A stretch of DNA of 32,000 nucleotides, from NCBI GenBank assembly GCA_025839675.1, contig CP104013.1, positions 870,001-902,000 on the forward strand, written 5' to 3'. The notes beneath the pieces are model-generated. The model was not told where the DNA came from. It did no database searches and saw only the letters and a list, made by a program, of their open reading frames with translations. Made by a program: the position numbers and the translations under genes. Shown here in pieces: positions 25,449-32,000 of the stretch (positions within the stretch are counted from its first letter, which is position 1; the number at the start of each line of letters is the position of its first letter). This DNA comes from Candidatus Lokiarchaeum ossiferum. Its GTDB lineage: Archaea > Asgardarchaeota > Lokiarchaeia > Sigyniarchaeales > Promethearchaeaceae.

Positions 25449-26501
25449 TTGAAAAATATGAGTTTATTAAAATATACTATTAGAAGGATATTAGCTTTAA
25501 TTCCTATCCTCTTCGGAGTATTATTCATGTCGTTTGTGCTCACTCGTGCGATGCCCGATAATCCATATAAGGCACTACTTGGAGATGGGGGTTTCAAATC
25601 AGACGCGCAAAGACAAGAATATCTCAACAATGTGGAGAGATTGGGGTTAGATAAACCGGTTATCTCACAATTCCTTATTTATGTTGGAGCTTTATTCCGA
25701 GGGGATTGGGGAACATCTATATCTATGCAAAACGGGGCGGATGTATGGGATTTATTGATGGCAGCTTTTCCAAAGTCCATTGAAATTACCATTTATTCAA
25801 TGGTTTTTGCCACAATAATTGGAATTCGTGCAGGAATTATTTCTGCAGTAAATAGAAATCGCCCTAAAGATACAGCCATTCGATTCGTGGCTTTGGCAGG
25901 GGTTGCAATCCCAGTTTTCTGGATGGGTTTAATGCTCCAATATATATTAGTTATCAAAGGACAAATTTTACCTTTCGCAACTAACTATAATTCAACGAAG
26001 TATGAAATTAGTTACGCTGATGATAAAATTACTGGATTACGTTTGTTGGATTCTTTAATCAACTTAGATTTCGGAATGTTCTGGGATACTTTCTTACACT
26101 TGATTTTACCAGTTTTCTGTCTGAGTTTCATTACCATCGCAGGAATCACGCGACAAACCAGATCGAGCATGTTAGAAGTACTGGAATTAGATTATATTCG
26201 AACTGCTCGAGCTAAAGGATGCACCGAAAAACAAGTTATCTACAAACACGCTTGGCGAAATGCCATGATCCCTACGATCACAATTGTTGGTCTGAATGTA
26301 GCGGGATTAATGGGAGGCGCAGTCTTAACCGAGCACACTTTCAATCTTTCAGGAATGGGAGTCACGACCTTACTTGCCATCAGAGCAGTTGATTATTATG
26401 TAATTAATGCAGCGGTTTTCTTAATGACCTTCATCTTTGTTGTGGTGAACTTAATTACCGATTTAATCTATGGGCTCGTAGATCCTAGGATCCGTTATTA
26501 A
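25449..26501 (+). CDS. Opp/Dpp-type ABC transporter permease (DppB/OppB-like)
   Basis: LKYTIRRILALIPILFGV N-terminus. EAA-loop region YIRTARAKGCTEKQVIYKHAWRNAMIP. Ends LVDPRIRY. The track start is TTG 25449; the likely start is ATG 25458 (MSLLKY...). Confidence 0.9.
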   Translation: MKNMSLLKYTIRRILALIPILFGVLFMSFVLTRAMPDNPYKALLGDGGFKSDAQRQEYLNNVERLGLDKPVISQFLIYVGALFRGDWGTSISMQNGADVWDLLMAAFPKSIEITIYSMVFATIIGIRAGIISAVNRNRPKDTAIRFVALAGVAIPVFWMGLMLQYILVIKGQILPFATNYNSTKYEISYADDKITGLRLLDSLINLDFGMFWDTFLHLILPVFCLSFITIAGITRQTRSSMLEVLELDYIRTARAKGCTEKQVIYKHAWRNAMIPTITIVGLNVAGLMGGAVLTEHTFNLSGMGVTTLLAIRAVDYYVINAAVFLMTFIFVVVNLITDLIYGLVDPRIRY

Positions 26502-26514
26502 GGAGGAAAAAAAT

Positions 26515-27621
26515 ATGTCAGCAGAAGAAAATAATATTGAAGCACCTACCTCCGTCGTAGGAACTATTGATGGAGAAAAAGCCTGGGCGATTCGTCAAAG
26601 CAAATTGTACAAACCATCAAGCTACAAAGAACAGTTAAAAGAGGTTAAAGAAAAATACATTAAATTTATCTTAACCCCAAATGCTAAAGATGATGAGCTG
26701 ATTCGACGAGATTTTGAATTTAATAAATTGAAAAGCAAACGTAAATTTGCATCAAAATTAAATAACTTCTTAACCGTCTTTGGAATATTAATTATCGGAA
26801 TGATTTTATTATGGGTAGTTTTTGCCCCATGGATAGTATCTCGATTCTCATTTTCAGTTTTATCAGGAGTAAATGAAAGTATTCCCCCATATGCACCTCC
26901 AGACGATACTTATTGGTTAGGTACTGCAAAATTTGGGCGTGATGTATATGGCCGATTGATTTGGGGAGCTCGCTCTTCAATCACCATGGGGTTATTCTCA
27001 ATCGCAATAAGTTCCATTTTTGGAGTGATGTTAGGAATCTACGCAGCCTTCCAAGGAGGTATCATTGATAATATCATTATGAGAATAATGGACATCATTA
27101 TGGCTTTCCCAGGATTAATCATCATCATCATCATCCTCTCCATTGTTGGAACATCCATGCAAACGATCTTGCTTATTTGGGGATTTTTAGGGATTCCAGG
27201 ATATGCTCGATTAATTCGTGGATCAGCCTTACAAGAAATTGGAAAAACTTATGTCGAAGCCGCAAAAGTAGCAGGGACAAAAGATGGTCGAATCATGTTC
27301 AAACATGTAATGCCTAATTGTATTGCTCCTGTCGTAGTATCAGTCACCTTCAATATTGGAGGAATGATCTTAGGTCTTGCGGGATTAAGTTATCTTGGGT
27401 TTAATGACCCCACATTAATTGAATGGGGAAATGATATTAGTTTAGCTCGAGATAAATTGTATAATGCAATCTGGGCCGCTTTAGTACCTGGGTTGGGTAT
27501 TTTCATCACTGTGTTAGGTTTTATGTTGTTAGGTGACGGATTACGTGATGCAATGGATCCACGCCTTCAAGGGCATAAGATGAAAAAAGTCAAAAAATCA
27601 AAAAAGAAAAAAGCGGAATAA
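26515..27621 (+). CDS. Opp/Dpp-type ABC transporter permease (DppC/OppC-like) with ~85-aa N-terminal extension
   Basis: YVEAAKVAGTKDGRIMFKHVMPNCIAPVVV EAA loop; LGDGLRDAMDPRL. A strong SD, AGGAGG (26501-26506), lies 8 nt upstream of the ATG. Confidence 0.9.
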   Translation: MSAEENNIEAPTSVVGTIDGEKAWAIRQSKLYKPSSYKEQLKEVKEKYIKFILTPNAKDDELIRRDFEFNKLKSKRKFASKLNNFLTVFGILIIGMILLWVVFAPWIVSRFSFSVLSGVNESIPPYAPPDDTYWLGTAKFGRDVYGRLIWGARSSITMGLFSIAISSIFGVMLGIYAAFQGGIIDNIIMRIMDIIMAFPGLIIIIIILSIVGTSMQTILLIWGFLGIPGYARLIRGSALQEIGKTYVEAAKVAGTKDGRIMFKHVMPNCIAPVVVSVTFNIGGMILGLAGLSYLGFNDPTLIEWGNDISLARDKLYNAIWAALVPGLGIFITVLGFMLLGDGLRDAMDPRLQGHKMKKVKKSKKKKAE

Positions 27622-27640
27622 ATTGAGATGAATATAAAAA

Positions 27641-28855
27641 ATGAGCACAACTAAAAATTACGAAAATCTACTCGAAGTAAAAGATTTGCATACATATTTC
27701 TACACCGAAGAGGGAGTTGTTAAGGCCGTTGATGGTGTATCATTTTCAATTAAAGAAGATGAAATTCTTGGATTAGTCGGAGAAACAGGATGTGGCAAGT
27801 CAGTTACCGCTTTATCTGTCGTCAGATTAATTCGATCTCCTGGAGAAATTGTTTCTGGTGAAATATTCTTTCAAGGGGAAGATATGACAAAAAAAACTGA
27901 AAATGAAATGTTGAAGTATCGAGGAAATTCCATAACAATGATTTTCCAAGATCCAATGAATTCTTTAAATCCAGTGTTAAAATGTGGAGATCAATTATCT
28001 GAAGTCTATCTGATTCACCAAAAAGAATTCTTAGAAGCAGAATTGGAAAAAGCAAAACAAGAAAATGCTGTTTTAAAACAGAAATTATCTCAAATGAAAC
28101 AGAATTTAAAGACAGCTTCTGCTGAAGGGGTTGAAACATTGAAAAAACAAATCAAAGCAATCAAAAGCCGAATTAAAACTCGAATTTCCTTGCAAGATAT
28201 TGCAAATCGAGAATCAGCGAAGCTTTTAGATCGTATTGGACTTCCCAATGCTGAAACTTTGATTGATCGATACCCACACGAACTTTCAGGAGGGATGCGC
28301 CAACGGATCATGATTGCAATGGGTCTAGCTTGTAATGCTAAACTTTTAATTTGTGATGAACCAACTACTGCATTGGATGTAACCATTCAAGCCCAGATTC
28401 TGGATATGATTCGGGAGCTCAAAAAGAAACTTCATAATTCCGTACTATTCATTACTCACTCTTTAGGTGTAATATATGAATTGTGCGACAAAGTAGCAGT
28501 GATGTATTCGGGAAATATTGTAGAATATGGAACGGTGAAAGATATTTTTGAAAACCCTCAACACCCATACACAAAGGGGTTACTTGCAGCAATACCTCGA
28601 GTTACCCGTGAAGATAGAAGTCGAGAATTGGCAATTATTCCTGGAATGGTGCCAAACTTAATTTATCCCCCACGAGCTTGTCGTTTCCATCCTCGATGTG
28701 AACATGCAATGACAATTTGCCAAGAAATCGATCCAAAGTTGATCAAAATGCCAAATGATGTTCAAGTTGCATGTCATTTATTTAATGAAGATAAATCGGA
28801 TCCAGAATTGTATCGAAGATTAACACTATCTGAACGTTTGGAGGATGAATTATAA
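27641..28855 (+). CDS. Opp/Dpp-type ABC transporter ATPase (OppD/DppD-like) with coiled-coil insertion
   Basis: Walker A GETGCGKS, signature LSGGMRQR, Walker B LLICDEPTTALD. C-terminal Cys motif CRFHPRCEHAMTIC...VACH. An extra heptad-like segment spans ~28022-28210. Confidence 0.9.
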   Translation: MSTTKNYENLLEVKDLHTYFYTEEGVVKAVDGVSFSIKEDEILGLVGETGCGKSVTALSVVRLIRSPGEIVSGEIFFQGEDMTKKTENEMLKYRGNSITMIFQDPMNSLNPVLKCGDQLSEVYLIHQKEFLEAELEKAKQENAVLKQKLSQMKQNLKTASAEGVETLKKQIKAIKSRIKTRISLQDIANRESAKLLDRIGLPNAETLIDRYPHELSGGMRQRIMIAMGLACNAKLLICDEPTTALDVTIQAQILDMIRELKKKLHNSVLFITHSLGVIYELCDKVAVMYSGNIVEYGTVKDIFENPQHPYTKGLLAAIPRVTREDRSRELAIIPGMVPNLIYPPRACRFHPRCEHAMTICQEIDPKLIKMPNDVQVACHLFNEDKSDPELYRRLTLSERLEDEL

Positions 28856-29877
28856 TGACAGAAGAAGTATCTGAAAATATTGAAGAAGTATATGATAAAA
28901 CTAAAGAAATAATGACCGTAGAAAATCTTCAAGTGAATTATCCAATTCTCGGAGGGATTTTCATGCGAAAAATTGGTGAAGTACGCGCTGTGCGAGATGT
29001 TTCTTTTAAATTATATCCAGAACAAACTCTGGGAATTGTCGGAGAAAGTGGATGTGGAAAAACAACCATTGCCAAGGCATTGTTAAACCTTGTTGAATCC
29101 TCTGGAGGCGAAGTTTATTACCGGAATACTCGAATCGACAATCGATTGGACAAAGAACGAATGATTCGCCAAAAAGTCCAAATGGTATTCCAAGATCCTG
29201 ATGCTTCATTAAACCCCCGATGGAAAATAGTTGATATTATTGGGGAACCTCTCCGAAATTTGCGAGGTGTTAAGGATAAAACAAAATTGCGAACAAAAGT
29301 TTTGGAACTCCTTCGATTAGTTTCACTCAAGGCAGAACATTTAGATCGATTCCCTCATGAATTTTCTGGAGGTCAAAAACAACGTATCGTAATTGCTCGT
29401 GCTTTGGCATGTGATCCTGAGATAATCGTTCTTGACGAACCAACTTCCGCATTAGATGTATCGGTCCAAGCCCAAATTTTGAATTTATTACAAAAAATTC
29501 AAAAAGAATTCCACTTAGCATATATTTTTATTACTCATGATTTAAGTGTAATTCATCACATTGGACATCGGATTGGTGTCATGTATCTGGGTAAATTTGT
29601 TGAAACAGGGGATATTGAAGATATTTTCTACAATACATCTCATCCCTATACCCGAGCATTACTTTCCGCCCGACCAGCAGTAAGTGAAATTGAAAAACAA
29701 GAAAAAATCATTCTTGAAGGAGAAATTCCAAGTCCTGCCAATCCTCCAAATGGATGTTCTTTCCACCCTCGGTGTCAAGAAAAAATGTTGCCTGAATGCA
29801 ACAAGAAAATTCCGGAAGAAACCATATTAACTGACAGTCACCATGTATGGTGCTGGAAATACGCTAATCGCGACTAG
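28855..29877 (+). CDS. Opp/Dpp-type ABC transporter ATPase (OppF/DppF-like)
   Basis: Walker A GESGCGKTT, signature FSGGQKQR, Walker B IIVLDEPTSALD. C-terminal CSFHPRCQEKMLPEC...HHVWCW. The start overlaps the upstream stop (TAATG). SD GGAGGA is at 28840-28845. Confidence 0.9.
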   Translation: MTEEVSENIEEVYDKTKEIMTVENLQVNYPILGGIFMRKIGEVRAVRDVSFKLYPEQTLGIVGESGCGKTTIAKALLNLVESSGGEVYYRNTRIDNRLDKERMIRQKVQMVFQDPDASLNPRWKIVDIIGEPLRNLRGVKDKTKLRTKVLELLRLVSLKAEHLDRFPHEFSGGQKQRIVIARALACDPEIIVLDEPTSALDVSVQAQILNLLQKIQKEFHLAYIFITHDLSVIHHIGHRIGVMYLGKFVETGDIEDIFYNTSHPYTRALLSARPAVSEIEKQEKIILEGEIPSPANPPNGCSFHPRCQEKMLPECNKKIPEETILTDSHHVWCWKYANRD

Positions 29878-29932
29878 ATAGATTACTATCTCCTTTTTTT
29901 ATTATTTTTAAACTTATTCAAGTGAGATTCAA

Positions 29933-30898
29933 ATGTTTTCCAAAAATCAAAGTAATTCAAGAAAATCAATGTCAAAAATGCCGACAAAAAAAAATGATGG
30001 CGCTCCTATGATACCCTTCATAGATATTTTGAAAAGTAAAAATTTTCCTCAACCCATTTTGCCTATGCCTTGCAGGATAGATAAGGTTGTTAATGGAAGT
30101 ACCTCTTTAACCATGCTACCAAAAAAACCAATCTCGATCGAATATGATTCCAAGATCATCACTTATGATTTTCATAAATTGTATTTATCTTTCTACCAAA
30201 ATATCATCTATTACGCCAAAATCAAATACAAAGAAATGACTCAACGAGAACTCCCAATTTCATTAGCAAAAAAATGGTGGGTTCAGTCGAAACCTCTTAA
30301 AGGTCAGATTAAGAATTATTCTCAAGATATAGATTTTCTTTTAACAAGCTACTTAAAGGCTTACATTAATTATTTACAATCTAATAACCAAGAAGAAGCC
30401 TTATTGGAATATTGCAAAGAAATTATTGACTATTGTCAAAAAAAAATTGAAGAAAACTCAATAACCTTCAATTTTAAGGAAAAAGAAATTACAAAAAGAA
30501 TGTATCGAACCAAAAAGAAGTACCATTTTCCAGATATTTGGGAGTTTGATGTTTTAAGTGAAGAAACACAAAAAACAACAAGAAAAGCTTTCATCCCAGT
30601 GATGATTTACGATGATCTACTTGAAAGCTTTCTTTATAATAAAATGAATTTAGAAAAGAAAATGGGGAACCTTCAGGAAGAATATGGGGAAACCGAAGAA
30701 AATGAAGATGAGATTGACGTGAATTCTATAGAATTTGTAGGTTTCAAAGAGTTAGAAGATATGAAAATTATAGTTCATATTCCAACGAATCAATACAAAG
30801 AAAATGATGTTGATTTAAAAAATATTATTAATAAAATTGAGTTTAGCGATATCTTTATTGATGTAGAGGAAGAAGACGATGATTTCTTCAATATCTAA
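29933..30898 (+). CDS. Hypothetical protein with acidic C-terminus
   Basis: 321-aa ORF with no recognisable motifs. The C-terminal third is rich in E/D (EEYGETEENEDEIDV...VEEEDDDFFNI). Confidence 0.5.
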   Translation: MFSKNQSNSRKSMSKMPTKKNDGAPMIPFIDILKSKNFPQPILPMPCRIDKVVNGSTSLTMLPKKPISIEYDSKIITYDFHKLYLSFYQNIIYYAKIKYKEMTQRELPISLAKKWWVQSKPLKGQIKNYSQDIDFLLTSYLKAYINYLQSNNQEEALLEYCKEIIDYCQKKIEENSITFNFKEKEITKRMYRTKKKYHFPDIWEFDVLSEETQKTTRKAFIPVMIYDDLLESFLYNKMNLEKKMGNLQEEYGETEENEDEIDVNSIEFVGFKELEDMKIIVHIPTNQYKENDVDLKNIINKIEFSDIFIDVEEEDDDFFNI

Positions 30899-31017
30899 TT
30901 TTTTATCTCCTTATTATATATAACATTTTTAATGGAAAATTCATTAGCATGCATAGTAGGAGAGTTTATTAAAATATAATTTTTGACGAACGATTTTAAA
31001 GTAGAAATGAGAAAAAA

Positions 31018-31941
31018 TTACAGATTTTGAATTTCCAAAATTTGTTTTTCGATTTTTTGTTTTAGTAATTCTAATCTTCCAACCTTCTGTTCATAATCTT
31101 CATCTGAAAGATCTCCAGTAATGTTTTCCATCTCAAGATCTAACATTTTGTTGTTTACATTCGCTAATTTAATTTTTAATTCAGTTACCATTTGTACAGA
31201 AGATTTAGTTTCCGTTGAAATTGACTCAGCTTTAACCGGAGGTGAAACATCGTGTTTATTAGAACTTTGGTCGAGATGTGGAATCGGGGGCGGAATAACA
31301 GCAGAAACAGATGCATTTGAAGAAGATGGTTCGTTTATGGGAGATAATATACTCGGACTTATACCCAAAGTAGCTTTTGAAAGCGGATTTTCTGGAGATT
31401 TGGGGGTTTCTTTTTTTGCTTGTAATTTGTTTAATAACATCCCCAATTGGTCCAGTTGTTGAGGGGGCTGAGATGCACCATCAGGAAGAACGGTTGATTT
31501 TGGTGCTGGAGGAACTTGTACAGAAGGCTTCGGAGGCACCTGAACGGGTGGTGCGGGAGGGACTTGCACGGAAGATGCTGGAGGAACTTGTACAGATGGC
31601 TTCGGAGGCACCTGAACGGGTGCTGCGGGAGGAACCTGCACGGAAGGTGCTGGAGGAACTTGTACAGATGGCTTCGGAGGCACCTGAACGGGTGCTGCGG
31701 GAGGAACCTGCACGGAAGGTGCTGGAGGAACTTGTACAGAAGGTTTCGGAGGCACCTGAACGGGTGCTGCGGGAGGAACCTGCACGGAAGGTGCTGGAGG
31801 AACTTGTACAGAAGGTTTCGGAGGCACCTGAACGGGTGCTGCGGGAGGAACCTGCACGGAAGGTGCTGGAGGAACTTGTACAGATGGCTTCGGAGCGTTT
31901 TGAATTGGTGTAGATGAAGAATCTTGGCTTGCAGGTGCCAT
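31018..31941 (-). CDS. Proline-rich tandem-repeat protein (16 x 8-aa xxxVQVPP units) with C-terminal coiled coil
   Basis: This is the longest ORF across the region (307 aa). KPSVQVPP/APSVQVPP/AAPVQVPP is repeated in 24-aa super-units. A non-repeat S/P-rich linker follows, then a heptad-like end (VTELKIKLANVNNKMLDLEMEN...LELLKQKIEKQILEIQNL). No N-terminal signal peptide. Confidence 0.7.
   Translation of the reverse strand: MAPASQDSSSTPIQNAPKPSVQVPPAPSVQVPPAAPVQVPPKPSVQVPPAPSVQVPPAAPVQVPPKPSVQVPPAPSVQVPPAAPVQVPPKPSVQVPPAPSVQVPPAAPVQVPPKPSVQVPPASSVQVPPAPPVQVPPKPSVQVPPAPKSTVLPDGASQPPQQLDQLGMLLNKLQAKKETPKSPENPLSKATLGISPSILSPINEPSSSNASVSAVIPPPIPHLDQSSNKHDVSPPVKAESISTETKSSVQMVTELKIKLANVNNKMLDLEMENITGDLSDEDYEQKVGRLELLKQKIEKQILEIQNL
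31507..31893. repeat. Tandem repeat, 72-bp period (about 5.3 copies), each copy made of three 24-bp sub-units; visibly GC-rich relative to surroundings
   Basis: The string cggaggcacc recurs at 31531, 31603, 31675, 31747 and 31819, an exact 72-nt spacing. Copies are near-identical. Confidence 0.95.
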
Positions 31942-32000
31942 TTGCTTTAGTATGGAGCGTATTTTCTGAGATTTTTCATTAAAATCTTGACTTACTCGAT

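Noticed and set aside
10110-29521. Other nested short ORFs from the six-frame track: 10110-10295, 11740-12057, 12923-13177, 13900-14142, 17501-17818, 18552-18881, 18612-18806, 19354-19560, 19859-20056, 21850-22068, 25085-25267, 25424-25630, 26792-26980, 27822-28139, 28090-28386, 29006-29209, 29118-29330 and 29327-29521
   Set aside because: Each lies inside or antisense to a motif-supported gene and shows no independent coding signal.
31121-31917. Plus-strand ORFs 31121-31462, 31377-31913 and 31516-31917 (repeated ...EELVQMASEAPERVLREEPARKVL... and R/C/G-rich frames)
   Set aside because: GC-rich tandem repeats stay open in several frames. The minus-strand ORF is the longest. It extends through non-repeat sequence on both sides and ends in a plausible coiled coil. 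Expression data are still needed to be certain.
1-32000. CRISPR arrays, tRNA or rRNA genes
   Set aside because: There are no spacer-interrupted direct repeats. None of the intergenic gaps contains a GC-rich cloverleaf-sized island or rRNA-like sequence. The only tandem repeat (31507-31893) is coding and has no unique spacers.

Overview
AT-rich, intron-free, densely packed prokaryote-style window. Genes abut or overlap, and GGAGG Shine-Dalgarno sites sit inside upstream genes. I saw no rRNA, tRNA or CRISPR array. The main feature is a tubulin locus at 1-10.8 kb. Two adjacent minus-strand genes (8396-9667 and 7120-8394) encode full-length true tubulins, not FtsZ/CetZ. The upstream one is beta-like, with Lys at the T7 catalytic position. 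The downstream one is alpha-like, with Glu at that position. They are 1 nt apart. A third, very divergent tubulin-fold ORF runs off the left edge (1-1656). It has a degenerate GTP signature loop and a long acidic, then K/E-rich coiled-coil tail. Around these lie a 1101-aa polytopic membrane protein with a basic coiled-coil N-terminus, three paralogous small membrane proteins and a Cys-rich DUF5714-like protein. The remaining genes are: an acyl-CoA dehydrogenase; a membrane-anchored coiled-coil/winged-helix-like protein; inositol-3-phosphate synthase with an in-frame HTH-like leader; two coiled-coil proteins; a longin-like/small-GTPase fusion; a phosphohexomutase; a 1479-bp IS4/ISH3-like IS with inverted repeats, a target duplication and a frameshifted transposase; an Opp/Dpp-type ABC transporter (divergent substrate-binding protein with a PGF-CTERM-like tail, two permeases, two ATPases); and a proline-rich protein encoded by a GC-rich 72-bp tandem repeat. 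Composition and gene content suggest an Asgard (Lokiarchaeia-like) archaeon. That is an inference I cannot verify without database searches.
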